Assembly (NCBI RefSeq): GCF_036365525.1
Contig: NC_090399.1
Location: 13,453,558 to 13,517,557, forward strand
Direction of reading: 5' to 3'
Source of the DNA: Heterodontus francisci
Taxonomy: Eukaryota
Length of the DNA stretch: 64,000 nt
Below, piece by piece: positions 22,591-35,979 of this stretch (positions within the stretch are counted from its first letter, which is position 1; each line of letters starts with the position of its first letter). Made by a program: the position numbers and the translations under genes. The notes beneath the pieces were generated by a model. The model made no database searches and was not told the origin of the DNA. It worked only from the letters and a program-made list of their open reading frames with translations.

Positions 22591-25500
22591 AATCGCTCTT
22601 GTGCGGGGCCTTGCGGACGTCTTGCTATGTTAAAACCTCAAGTTGTTACTGTTGTTGATATCCGCCAGGCTGGCATGTGACAGAATGATGATGGAAGGTG
22701 TGAAAACATATCACAGTAGGTGTCAGTGAATTCAGTAAAGGAAGAGACACATTAGCAGAGAGTCACTGATTCCAGGAAAGGAGGGTGAAGTGCCCTCATC
22801 GCTCTTAGCCTCGATATTTTATTTAACACGATCTGTTATTTCTTACGCTGTCATTTTTTTTTTTTGTTGTGACCTGGAATGCACTGCCTGAAAGGTTGGT
22901 GGAAGCAGATTCAATATTAATTTTCAAAAGGGAATTGGATAATTACTTGAAGGGGGGAAAAAAATTACATGGTCATGGGGAAAGAGCGCAGAAGTGGTCT
23001 CGATAGATTTCTAAAGGGCCGGCAGAGGCACCGTGGGCTGAATGGCCAAATTCTGTGCTGTATCATTCTATGATCTTATGAAACACAAGGCAGAGTTGGG
23101 TCGTAACCTACTGACACTCGGTGCCAAATAATAGGTGGTTTATCATGGGTACATTGTCATGCGTCTGTGATTTTCTGATAAGCCCCACCACTGTGTGAGT
23201 TTGGGGGGGGTGGTGGTCTCAGAAAATTCCACCCAGGCTCTCCAACTGAAATAGAAACCTATCCTTTCCCTTTCAGATCCTGATCCATCTGATCAGTACT
23301 TCCAGCATCCGAATTCTCTGCAGTTTTTTTGTACAATAACTGATTGTTATCACATTTAATCGTCCTCATTGCCCTGTAGCTTTTTTGCATAACCCGCCCT
23401 GTGGACGTGTGCACACTACAAGATAACCCCCGGTTTAATTTTTTTCTTAACCAGCCGTAACTACAGTCTCATTCTGTGATAACATTCTCCTTTAACTCAG
23501 AGAATTGTACAGCACAGGAGGGAGCCATTCGGCCCTTCATGCCTGTGCTGGCTCTTTGAGAGGGCTATCCAATTAGCCTGCCTTTTCCCCATAGGCCTGC
23601 AAATTTTTTTCTGTGCTCGAATCCCAAGAGAGTATAGCTTTTGTAGGCAAAATAGGTCAGAATGTTTATTTATGGTTAAATATAAAAAACAACAGAATTC
23701 TAAAGAAATTATAACAGAGTAAAGACATGACACGGAAATCAGAATAGCAAATCCTGGAAGGCATTCATTTACCCTTTCTGATCATATCTAAAGTATTTAG
23801 AATAATACAAGGATTCAAAAATAGATAAAAAGGAACAATGTCTTCTTGTTGGGGAGGGGGAGTCCAAAACAACCAGGCCTAACCTTAAGATTAGAGCCAA
23901 GCTGTTCAGGAATGACGTTAGGGTGCACTTCACAAAATGGATTTTAGAAATCTAAGACTCTCTCAGCCCTAAATTGAGTCCTGAGATCGACAGGTTTTTG
24001 TTGGGTAAGAGTGTTAAAGGACAGGGAGCTAAGGCAGGTAAGTACATTCGAGATACAGAGCAGCCAGGGTCGAATTGAATGGCAGAACAGGCTCAAGGGG
24101 CTGAATGGCCTCCCTCCTGTTCCTATGTTCTCCTGAATTCCTGTATAAATCTTTACTGTTTCAAACAACATAGGCCAGATGCTGTGCCTTTCTGGAGTTG
24201 GGCTGCATCATCAGTATAGCTGGAATTCCACCCACCACTAAGACTGAGCCCTGACTCCAGCCTGACCTGGGTGTAGGGGCGGGGTGGGGGTAATGCGGTC
24301 ATTCTAATAGTTTTGGCCAGTTCAACCCTGGGAGTGTGCCTTGAGCGGGAGTGGATATTGGTCTCATCATAATGCTCAGGCCATCATGGTGATCATGGTG
24401 TGCGGTCTGGAAAGGCTTTGATGGACCTGCTGATCTTTTCTTGTCCATCAATTGCCTATGCCCGTACGTAACCTTCAAACAGCAGCCTATGGTTTGACCC
24501 TCTGGTTACAGAGGCACAACTTGTGACAAAGACAGTAATAAAAGGCCTGACCTTCACTGTCAATGAGAATTGCTGGTGATCTGTCAGGGGTTTCCATCTC
24601 TGTACAGATCCACAATAAAAAACCAGAAGTTACAGCATTGTCTATATTACACATGAGGATGGTATGACGAGTAAATGCAGTGTGACAAGAGTCACGTAGA
24701 TCGCCAACTTCCACCTCCGTACCAAACTTCACTGACAACTTCATCGATTGTAAAGCACTTTGAGACATCCGGTGGTCATGAAAAGTGTTACATAAATACA
24801 AGCCTTTCTTTCTCTTTTCCGTAACATCACCTAATTCGCCCTGCCTCAGTTTATCTGCTGCTGAAACCCTCATCCATACCTTTGTCGCCTCTCGTCTTGT
24901 CTATTGCAAAGCTGTCTTGGCCAGCCTCCCGTCTTCCACCGTCTATAAATCTGAGCTCACCCAAAACTGCTGAAGGCACAGTTGCCACTTGTGGAGCGAT
25001 TAAAATTGGGAATGCTCAAGAGACCAGAATTTAGAGGCACGCAGAAATCTCAGAGGGTAAGTAGGGCTGGAGGAGGTTATTGACTTCTCCGTCACTCCCT
25101 CTCTTTCTCTCTCTCTCTCTCCTCCTTTAAGACACATTGTAAAACCTACCTCTTTGACCAAGCTTTTGGTTATCTGTTCTAATATCTCCTTAGGAGACTC
25201 GGTGTCAAAGTTTGTTTGCTAACACTGCTCTGAAGTGCCTTGGGATGTTTTGCTACATTAAAGGCAGATCCCATTCCAATTAGCATCGCCAAACTCGAAG
25301 TGTTCAAAACAATGGAAAATAGAACACATAATATTTAATGCCCTCTGATTATATTTTTCCCTGATGTTTGCTCCTAGCAGTGGCCTGGAAATTAACGTGT
25401 ATTGCCTGGCAACTCTAGGCTCGATGCCCCTATTTGCACAAAATGATCTGAACTCAGTTCAGGCAAAGTCGGGATCTTATAATTTGCTTCATCACTTAAT

Positions 25501-26052
25501 AAGGGTTCTACTTGAAATGTGTTTTGGGCAGTTGTGAGCTAGGACTAGTAAATGAAGCATTGAAAACTTTGGAAGTATTCTAATTTCTCAACTGGTTCAC
25601 CAATCATCTTTAGAGGAGGGAGCCTGCCTACCCTACCTGACTTGGCCTACATGTGACTGCAGTCCCACGTACATGACTCTGAATACCTCAAAACGGTTGG
25701 TAACCAAAGGGCACACAGATTAAAGATAATTGGCAAAAAAAATGGAGCAGCAGTCTGGGGAGAATTCTTCCTCGCAGTGAGTTGTTATGATCTGGAACAA
25801 ACTGCCTGAAAGGCAGATGGACACAGATTCAGTAGTAACTTACAAAATGGAATTGGATATATACTTCAAAAGGAAAAAAAAAATCAGGGCTACAGGGAAA
25901 GAGCTGGAAAAGTGGGACTAATTGAATAACTCCTTCAAAGAGTTGGCACAGGTACGATGGGTCAAATGGCCTGCATTCTCTGCTGCATCATTCTATCATT
26001 TCTGGGTACGTAAAAGAAAAGTCAAGAAGTACCGAGCTCCTCCATCAATACA

Positions 26053-26441
26053 TCACTTCCTTCCAAAGAAAGCCACAATTCCCATAAGAGCCAAGAGTTT
26101 TGCACAAGTAAGTGACACCACTGCAGCTATAGCGTGCCCTGGTATCTTCTTTGATGCTATTTCAATGGAGCCATCATGGTGGCTTGTCCCGTTATCTTCA
26201 ATGCCTGAGCCCAACCCAGAGTCATCAATAAATAATCCCGAAACAGAATCATCAATGGGTAATCCCGAACCAGAATCAACAATGGATATTCCCGAATCAG
26301 AATCATCAATGGGTAATCCCGAAACAGAATCAACAATAGATATTCCCGAATCAGAATCATCGATGGGTAATCCCGAAACAGAATCATCAACAGGAAATCC
26401 CATATACATATCTTCAAGTGGCAAGGCCCAACAGCAGAACT
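26053..26441 (-). CDS. Exon 2 of the putative small membrane proteoglycan-like gene (acidic Ser-Gly 9-aa repeats plus C-terminal hydrophobic segment)
   Basis: Acceptor CTAAT...TTTTTTTCCC...TTGTAG|AG is phase-compatible with exon 1. Spliced peptide EFCCWA-LPLEDMYMGFPVDDSVSGLPIDDSDSG...NGT...IPGHAIAAVVSLTCAKLLALMGIVAFFGRK*. Contains a 27-bp internal repeat x7. Confidence 0.72.
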
Positions 26442-26952
26442 CTACAAGTCAAGGTTTTTGGGAAAAAATAACAGATTAGAAGTTCCTTGTTATTATCCAG
26501 AAAGCTTATTGTTGAAGGATGATCCTGGAGCCAATCTGTACACAGCGTTACATTTATTTTAGAGTAAAAGGATTACAAACATGTAGCTCCTTACTCAAAA
26601 AAACCTCCAGCAGTCTCACTAAGTGTCTCCTTATTAATACCCTCCACCTGCATATAATTAAACCATTGATATACAATTAACATTCCTCAATGTGTTTTAG
26701 TCTTAAAAACATACAGGCTGAGGATTTTCACTTCTGAACTCATATTAAGAAACTCTGCAGCTCCCAGCGTATCATTTTCCTACCGCCAATTTCAATTGTC
26801 AAAAAGAAAATCATGGAATGTCAGTGTGGAATTTCCCCCATTGCATGCCAGGCGTTCTGAAAGTGGAAAATCCTTTCCCCAAACACACAGTAATGACCCA
26901 TTTCTATACACATTGGATGTCACCTCAGTGTCATTTTCAAAAATTCACTTAC

Positions 26953-27007
26953 CCGAAATGGACAGAAAGAGAATAAATGTTAAATGGATGCTGACTTTAC
27001 CAGCCAT
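26953..27007 (-). CDS. Exon 1 (signal peptide) of a putative small membrane proteoglycan-like gene
   Basis: AATATGG start context; MAGKVSIHLTFILFLSIS + G, then canonical donor G|GTAAGT (phase 1). An in-frame upstream ATG exists at 27046. Confidence 0.7.
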
Positions 27008-27239
27008 ATTTGTCAAGCACCGATTTCGCCTGGAGTTTGTAGTCATCTGAGTTAGTTCCTTTATCTTCAAAATGAAAAGGTTTGATTTCCTGTCCTTCAG
27101 CTAAATCCAGAAGATTTAGCAAACGCTGGCAGTGGTTTGGACAGGGGAATTACACAATGTTAGTGTGGTTAGAATTTGCTGTTTGACAAAAGCTGAACAA
27201 CATTTGCTGAGTGAGCTTTTCTGCATTGCTCATCTGCAA

Positions 27240-27595
27240 TTGCACACTATGGGCAAAGAGTTGTCCACAACCGAGTGTTGCAGACTGGCACATTCCAAGG
27301 TGCAGGACTACGTGCTGAGCGACGCAATAAAGCTTGGGGCATCTGCTGCAAAGGCTCTTTGGGGAAAGACCACTGTGTAAGATCCTCCCTCCATTGTGAA
27401 CCGAGGGGCTGGAACCTGTGTAAAACCCCCTCGGGCTGTATACACCAACATATGATATATGTGTGCATTGTACATAAAATGGAATAGCAAGGGTTGTGAG
27501 GAAACTGATATCTTTCTGGAATGTCAAATTGGAACTGTTTGGTAATGTATTTATCTTTTTACAGATTTTTATGAATAAAGTATATTTTTGGAAAA
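27240..27595 (+). mobile_element. L1/Tx1-clade LINE 3' end
   Basis: ORF end ...ECCRLAHSKVQDYVLSDAIKLGASAAKALWGKTTV*, then a 3' UTR with AATAAA and an A-rich end. Confidence 0.55.
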
Positions 27596-28970
27596 CAAAT
27601 TGCTCACTCTGGCAGAATATTGTGCGCTTTAAAAAATAATCGAAGGCCGGGAACCATTTCCAGGTCCCGACCCCAGACTGGCTGTCAGGGTGCCCACCTG
27701 GGAGATCTTCCCAGAGGCAGTCAGGTCGGAGGACAGCTGCCGGGTTGCTGAGGCTGCAGGCCCAACAGGAGGCCCTGTAGCCTTGGGCGGATGGCAACCC
27801 CACCTGCAGAGGTGGGCTTTGCCGCCACAGCATGGGGACCGCGAGGGCACCTCCATCTTGAAGGTACCCTTTGAAGAGGTTAGAATTTTTAAAATATAAA
27901 CTCTGGCCACTGCTGCCTGGCCGCCTCTGTGGAGGGGTAACCCCTTCCCAGGATGGCCTCTGCTGCTGCTGTTTTCCCACTGGTCAATGCTGCTCCAGTG
28001 ATGGTGGGTGTGTTCGAACTGGAGATCTAGTGGGCCACCCCAGAACAGCCCACCAGCAAGCCCCTCCAGGCTTGGCCCTCAGTGGGGGGGGGGGTGGGGT
28101 CCGTCCATTGCCGGGAAGATCCGGCGGCATCTCTAAGCAGACCACAAATGAGCAGTTAATTATACAAGTTAGCTAGCTGCTGCCTCTGGGTAGGTAGCCT
28201 CTGCGGTGATTACCATCCTCTGGGAAAGATCGGCTGGAGGCAGGAACACGTCAGCCCGCTGACCCAGCGCTAATATTTTTGAATTTCCTCCCTGTCCCGC
28301 CTTCAATCCCGCCCTGACAGGACCAGGGAGAATCCGCCCCCTATTGCGATCTCCCGAGTGTCTTTATCTTATCCATATTGCTATCATTCGCTTTCCTACT
28401 CCAACCGATTATTTTCCAGAACCTTGGAAATGTGGAATTCCTTGTGATGAAAAGCAAGAGCTTGCGACTTTATCTGATGTGATTTTTAAACTAGCTTGGG
28501 TGAATGTGGAAGCTGCTCTCTCTTTGCTTAGTCTATAAGTGAAAGTCAGGGGCAGTCTGCAAATATGAAGCCTTGATCAATACAGCAAAACCACAGTGAG
28601 AGCAAATCAGCAGTCCCATTTTATATCTCTCCAACTTTTATTTCCATTCAAATCAATGGGTTCTCATAAGATTCCACGTTGATTTTCTGAGGATCATAGG
28701 AACAGCCATAGGTCAGTCAGCCCCTCAATTCTGTTACACCAGTAGAGTAGAAAAAAACACTTGAATTTATATAATGCCTTCCATGACCTCAGAATGTCCC
28801 AGAGCACATTAAAGCCGATTAAACACTTTTTTGGAAATGTAGTCACTGTTGTAATTCTATTAGATCACGTTTGATCAGTACCTCATTTACCTACCTTTAC
28901 CCCATATCCCCTTGATACCCTCACGCGACAAAAATCTGGTGATCTCAGACTTGGAAATTTGAATTGACCA

Positions 28971-30077
28971 TGTTATGATCCCCGTGGAGACCACCAACAA
29001 ACAAAAAGAATCATCGTGTTCATGCCGGCCAACAAGGAGCCATCTAGCCTAATCCATAGCTGAGTGATTTTTGACTTTAACTCCTTATAGGGACTAAACC
29101 AAATCAGGAGTACATCCCTATGAATCTTCCTTAATTAAGTTCAAACCAGAGAAATTCTTATAGACTCTTATTTGGGTCCAAAGAATTGAACTAGTTTTCC
29201 CTCAAAGAAAGAAAACTAACAGAGAATATTACCATCTTTTGGATAGCCTTTTTAAAATAATTATGGCTAAGTCATAAGTATAAAGGTCTGGGAAACTCTC
29301 TTCAATACGTATCTCTCCACTTAAAGAGACTCAGAGAGGGGGTTCTTGTAGTTGTATACAGAATACTACATGAGACGATTTATTAACTTTTATATATTTA
29401 TTAAAGAATTTAACATCACAATATCAAATATTACTAAGAGATGTAACACATAATCTTATTTCTAACATAGAATCCAAAAGTTTAACCCTGCTAATGCTAT
29501 AGCAAACTATCTTAGAATATCCATCAAAATTTAAAGCTAACCTTTCCCTTAAATTCCCCAAGTAAGTCATAGGGTGAGAAGTATTGTTGAGGAATTCAAC
29601 ACTTCTAATTTTTGCTCCAGAAACCCTCATGTTTATACTGTTTCTAAGGTATCATCCGACCTCTTAGCATATAGGTGTTACCTTTCTGTGTGTGTTTTTC
29701 CTGCTTTTAAGATCCATATTTGATAGTACCATTAACTAACATCTCCACTTAACGTATTGCTGGAATTCCCCTGCTCTTGAAGTTGTGAGCATTTATCTGG
29801 TCAACATGTTTATAATTGTGTTTACTTGACCTCTTGTTCCTGTAAGTACTATTCCATTTATTATTTTATTATCTATAATTATGTTTTTATGGTACCTGGT
29901 AACAACCTTTTGAGTCCATCTGTCTATATCACCAACCAACACTATCAATTAAGTTTATTGCTACCTCTTACTGATGTCACACAGGATATTTCAATCTTCT
30001 AAGTCTCTGGCAACAGAAATGCTGAAAAGGATTTCCCAACTTAAAAGGGTGTTTCTGGTTCACATTCGATTGTAACA
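28971..30077 (-). mobile_element. Solo-LTR-like element (~1.1 kb)
   Basis: Begins TGTTATGATC and ends GATTGTAACA (imperfect inverted termini); related end at 121-141. No TSD recognisable. Confidence 0.5.
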
Positions 30078-30369
30078 GGGACCTTGAAAGACCTTGACAT
30101 TTCTAACTCCACCTTCTTAAAGATATTAAGGGATATGGGCAAAAAGCAGGCATATGGAGTTAGGCCACATATCAGCCATGATCTCATTGAATGGCAGGAC
30201 AGGCTTGAGGGGCTGAATGGCCTACTCCTGTTCCTATCTTCCTATCTTCCTATTAAAGGGGAATTTCAGTGAGTCTTGAAAACTGACCATTTATTCAATC
30301 TCTAATTCTAAATGGCACAATATATTAACTATATCTAAATTCTACCTAATTAAGCCTATGATACCTATA

Positions 30370-31875
30370 TTCCATTATATAGCCTTGTGGGTTATGGCAT
30401 CTGAAGTGCAGATCTGAATACCTTTTAAAATGTTATGAAGGTTTCTGCCTCTACCAGTCTTTGAGGTAGTGAGTTCCTCTGCGTGAAAAAATTTCCCCTT
30501 GAATCCCTTCTAAATCTTCGACCTCTTACCCTAAATCTATGCCCGCTGATTATGGACCCCTCAGCCAAGGGGAATAGGGCCTTCCTACCAATCTTTCCTC
30601 ACAACTAAAATTCTCCAGTCCAGGTAACATCCTCTCCACTGTACCCTCTCTAGTGCAACCACATCTTTCCAGTAGTGTGGTGACTAGAACTGCTGTACAG
30701 GACCTTGGTAAGGCCTCATTTGGAGTACTGTGTGCAGTTCTGGTCGCCTCATTTTAGGAAGGATGTGGAAGCCTTGGAGAGGGTGCAGAGGAGATTTACC
30801 AGGATGTTGCCTGGAATGGAGAATAAGTCTTACGAGGAAAGGCTGAACATTCTAGGCCTCTTCTCATTAGAACGGAGAAGGATGAGGGGTGACATGATAG
30901 AGGTTTATAAGATGATCAGGGGAATAGATAGGGTAGACAGTCAGAAACTTTTTCCCCGGGTGGAGCAAAGCGTTACAAGGGGTCATAAATTTAAGGTGAA
31001 GGGTGGGAGATATAAGGGGGATGTCAGGGGAAGGTTCTTTACCCAGAGAGTGGTCGGGGCATGGAATGCCTTGCCTGGGGAAGTTGTTGAGTCAGAAACT
31101 TTAGGGACTTTCAAACGGCTTTTAGATAGGTATATGGATAAAGGAGAATGATGGGGTATAGATTAAATTGTCCTTGACAGAGGACAAAGGATCGGCACAA
31201 CATCGTGGGCCGAAGGGCCTGTTCTGTGCTGTATTTTTCTATGTTCTATGTTCTATGTACTCCAACTGTGGGCTAACTAGTGTTTTATACACTTCCAGCA
31301 TAACCTCCCAGCTCTTATATTCTATGCCTCAGCTAATAAAGGCAAGTATCCCATATGACTGCTTACCCACCTTGTCTACCTGTCCAGTCACCTTCAGGGA
31401 TCTGTGGACATGCACTCCAAGGTCCCTCACTTCCTCTGTAATGCACAGTATTCTACCATTTATTGTGTATTTCCTTGCCAAATGCATCACCTCACACTTC
31501 TCCGATTGAATTCCATTTGCTACTGCTCCACCCACTTAACTAGAACATTGCTATCTTCTTGCAGTCTGCAGCTTTCTTCTTCATTATCAATCGCACAGGA
31601 AATTTCGAGAGCATCAGCCAAGTTCTTAATCATATCATGGCATTCAAGTCCAAATTATTGATATATACCACAAAAAAGCAGGGGACTTGGTACAGAGCCC
31701 TGCGGAACCCCACTGGAAACAGCCATTCAGTCACTAAAACACCCATTGACCATTACCCTTCGCTTCCCTGTCTCTGAGTCAATTTTGGACCCGACTTGCC
31801 ACTTTGTTTTTTGATCCCATGGGCTTTACTTTCATGACCATGTTGGACCTTATCTAAGGCTTGCTAAAATCCATG
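30370..31875 (-). mobile_element. Older CR1 LINE fragment (host of the 30692-31257 insertion)
   Basis: Minus-strand peptide EKCEVMHLARKYTINGRIL...RDLGVHVHRSLKVTGQVDKV. Confidence 0.8.
30692..31257 (+). mobile_element. Younger CR1 3' fragment inserted antisense in the older CR1
   Basis: VRPHLEYCVQFWSPHFRKDVEALERVQRRFTRMLPG...; (TTCTATG)n tail at ~31237-31257. Confidence 0.9.
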
Positions 31876-33387
31876 GCCTGGATTTTACGGTCCCAATAGC
31901 GGTGAACTCCGAGACACTCGCCGCTACTGAGGGGCCGCAACGGCACCGCGAACACCCAGCGATTGCAGTTGCGCCAAAAAAACAGAAGTTCATTGCGCCT
32001 CAATGGGCCCTGGAGGAGCACAGACCAATGGCCCTGCCGTGATGTTTTGCAAAGAGGCAGGGACATGTAATTCAGGAATTTGGGCTGATTTCCCACCAGT
32101 GACGATGATTTTCATGCCTATTTTCTGAAAGCTGATATTAGCAGGTGCAAGAGAGCATCTTGTGGCGAATCTCAGGAGATTCCGCACTATTAAATTATGA
32201 AAGTAACAAGACTGGTTTGTTTGCTTTATGCGGTAATAGAAATTCACTATGCAGTACATACAACCACATGTATTACGTATTACTGCGGTTCTGGCACAAT
32301 TCTCAGAAAAGTATGTTGCAAATAAGGAAGTGGTTTCATGAGCTGGCCACAGACCTGGAGTTGCTCTCATTCATTCCCATTGTGATCAGGGAGGGGTGGG
32401 GGGCATGAGGAGTTGGTGGGGAGAGGGATGAGGAGCCAGGATGGGGGGAAGAGGACGCGGGAGGGGGGGGGGATGGTGGTGGGGGGCACGCAGGGGGTGT
32501 TGTTTTGTACGTGGAGAAGATTAGCTGGGTGACGTTGATACCTGAGGGACAGACCCCGGCAGACATGAGGTTTGGGTAAAACCAGGGCCAGAGAGATTCT
32601 CGACAACACGGAACTTGCCCGTTCCTGTCAATTCTCCAAACCCAGCGGCACGTAAACTTTCCACGAGGATGAGTACCGGCTGTGTGGGGAAGGGGGAAGG
32701 AGATTTAACCTTGGGCTTGAATTCATGCCAAGACTTTGTTTAAAGGGGCTGTGAAGGTTGTTTTTGGTGTGAGGGGGAAGGCTCCTGGAGCCTGATTGAA
32801 GGTATTAAGCAGAGACTGGACTGAGTGGGGGGCTCTAGCTTATCTCCCTCTCTGTCTCTGGCTGCCTCTCTGTGTCTGGAGTTTCAGTCTTTCCCTCTGT
32901 CTCAGTCTCTCTGGGTCTGGATCTCTCACTCTCTCTCTGTCTTAGTGTATGTTTAGGGTATCTATCTCTCTATGTGTCTGGTGTTTAAGTCCCTCTCTCT
33001 CTCCCTCTGTGTTTCTCTCTATCTGGGACTCAATCCGCTCGCTCATTGTGTTTCTCTCTCTGGGTCTGGTGTCTGTCTCTCAGTTTCTTTCTGTCTCCTT
33101 CGATCAATGTCTAAGGTCTCTCTCCCAGTTTCTCTCCCCCTCCCTGTTTCGGCCTCAGTGCTATTATCATAGCTGAGCATTTTATCATACTGCCTTCTCT
33201 GCTGCTCCCTCTGTTGGGAAGGTGTGAATAAACTTGTTCACTAATGGCTGCTTGCTCGGTCTGAAGAACATTGTGACACACTTTTTGGAACTCCCAAAGT
33301 TGATTTTGAGGAAGTTTGGATGATTTGAAAGATGAGTCCGTGTGCGTGCACATTGTGTTCAGGTATGACTCAGTGAATCAGCATGTT

Positions 33388-35100
33388 ATGGAATTGAAAA
33401 AAAATGACACTGAAAATATATTTTGGGACAATGGGCCTAACAAAGAGGACTGGTGTAATTACAAACGAAGGTTACACATTTGGCTGAAAGCTCATAAAAT
33501 AGGTGATGAGGATAAAGTAATTTATTTCCTCACGATGATGGGGCCAGATGATTTTGAGGTAGTGTGAGATGCCTGTGAGACCCCAGTACTATGGACTATT
33601 CTGAAATTAATGAGATTCTGGACTCATATTATGGCATAATTAAGAACAAAATTGCATTCCGCGAAAGGTAGCAATTGCCAAGAGAGACTATTGCAGATTA
33701 TATTCTTAAATTAAAGAAACTGTCTCATCACTGTGAGTATGGCATGAACTTAGAAGTCAACCTTAAAGACATGTTGGTTGGAGGTCTAAAGATAAGTAAA
33801 ATCCAGGCCAATCTTTTGAATAAAGACAATAAGCTGATGTGGAAGAAAGCCTGCGATGAGACTGCAGCCATGGAAATGGCAGGAAGAGATAGCTACAGAC
33901 TGCAAAGCAGTTCTTTTCCTAAGCTGACAGGGGAGGTGAAGTTAGTGTTAGGGTGGAATACGATGATGCATCCTATTACTTGCCATTGGTAGTAGTAGGA
34001 GGGAACAAAGTCCCCCTAATGGGAAGGATTTGGCTCAAGAAAATACGGTTAAACTGGGCTGAGTTATTTACAATAGGGATCAGTAAGAGTACGTCTGACA
34101 TTGATGAAGTATTAAGGTAGCACAAAGTGGTCTTTGAGCAAGGAGGACCAAATGATAAAATTAGGCATCACAGGCCCGAAGTCAAGATAAAGGACAATGT
34201 ACAGCCAACATTTTGCAAAGCTAGGCAGTGTCTTATGCACAGTCAGAAGCAGTAAATAAAGAGCTGGTCAGATTAGAAAGAACAGCAGCAATTAAGAAGG
34301 TAAAGAACAGTGAATGGGTGCACCCAATGCGGCAGTTCAAAAAGCAGATGGGTCTATTTAGATTTGTAAAGATTATAAACAAATGGTAAATAAGGTGTTT
34401 GAAAATGATACTTGTCTACTGCCTACTAGTGATGATTTACTGTCTAATTTAGCAAATGGGAAGGTGTTCAGTAAGATAGGTCAATCAAATGCATATTTAC
34501 AATTAGAATTTACTAGCAAGAGCAAGGAATTGCTCACTATTCATACACACAAAGACTTGTACCAGTACAAAAGTTTAACATTTGGGGTGTCTACTGCTCT
34601 GGTAATGTTCCAGAGCATCGTGGATCAGTTACTAAGTGGGATGAAAGGTGTGTGCTGCTTCTTAGATGACATTTTAATCAACAGTAAGATAGAAAAAGAG
34701 TATATTGTAAGGTTGAACAAAATCCGAGATTGACTTCAAGAGTATGGCATCAAAGCTAAAAAGCACAAGTGTTATTTGATGGTGCCAAGTGTAACATACC
34801 TGGGTCACCAACTAGATGGTGAAAGTATCCACCCAACACAGGAGAAGGTTAGGGGGATTTTGAAAGCAAAGAGACTCAAGAACAAAGAAGAACTCTGAAC
34901 ATTCATAGGAATTGTTGTGTACTATTCAAAGTTGAAAGTTGAAAGTTCATCCCCGATTTAGCTAATACATTCACCCCATTGTATCAACTGCTCAAAGATG
35001 GAATAGTTTGGGAGTGGTCTGTGGAACGTCAGAAGGCATTTGAAGAAGTGAAGAAATTACTGACCAGTGATGCTGTTTTGACCCATGATCCCAAGAAACA
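33388..35100 (+). mobile_element. Degenerate Gypsy/Ty3 LTR retrotransposon, gag-pol remnant
   Basis: Gag-like ETIADYILKLKKLSHHCEYG...LKDMLVGGLK; RT motifs FSKIGQSNAYLQL, TFGVSTALVMFQ, CFLDDILI; WEWSVERQKAFEEVKKLLTSDAVLTHDP. Many stops and frameshifts. Confidence 0.85.
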
Positions 35101-35979
35101 ATTTGAATTCCTTCCAACTATGGAAGATCTTTGTACTCTATGTAAATTTAAAATCATTAAAAGGTCCAATTTGACAATTTATTTTGACTGAATTCAATGT
35201 CACTTGCAACTATACTTCCTCTATATGACCTTGCACGTGAGAATTGCTTCAAATATACTATCTGACTGCTTCCACCGCCTTTTGAGGAAGAGAATTCCAA
35301 ACACTCACAACCCTCTTTATACTTCCTCTTTCACTATGTTAATTTCATCTAATAATTAATACCTTTCTTCCCTGATTGCAATGTCTGTAATGTCCCTCTC
35401 TTTTGTGAAAACAGATGCAAAATATTCATTAAGAACCATACCTGTAGTATAATGTAATAGAGTGGACATGGGGTTGTTACTGGGTCGATTATGTAAATAG
35501 ACTGTGTGTATCATCACAGGAAATTATGTAATATAATCTGTACAGAACCTTGCAGAGAGCTGTAGAGGAAACCTTAGATGCAAGACATGTTCAGTAAACT
35601 CCTGTTATTCTAAGCTTCAGACTCTTATGTATTCTGTACTAAGACTTAATAGTTATCAGAATATTATATGGTGGCAGCAGGAAAAGAAGATGGAGAAATC
35701 TTTGCCTTTACTGGAAAACTTCTAGAACGTAGCTGGGCTGAACCAAGCCGAGGTGTGGCTGAAATGGGACCAGAGGTTTGCAAGGTATTGTGATGCATTG
35801 GGTCTCATGCAGAAGCCAGACAAGGAGAAGGTCAATATGCTGTTGTATGCAATAGGGGAGTGTGCAGACAATATGCTCATTACTCAAGGTATAGATGAAG
35901 AGAAAGCTACATGTGAAGAAGTCATTACGGCACTCAGGACGTACTTTAATGTAAGGAAAAATGTCATTGTGGAGTTTTT

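Noticed and set aside
25922-26479. Plus-strand 185-aa ORF with NPETESS repeats
   Set aside because: Begins in a CR1 3' UTR remnant with a non-ATG start; the minus strand has the coherent splice signals and protein architecture.
27150-27980. 276-aa minus-strand ORF
   Set aside because: Crosses unrelated repeat fragments (Tx1 3' end and a GC-rich element); no domain signal.
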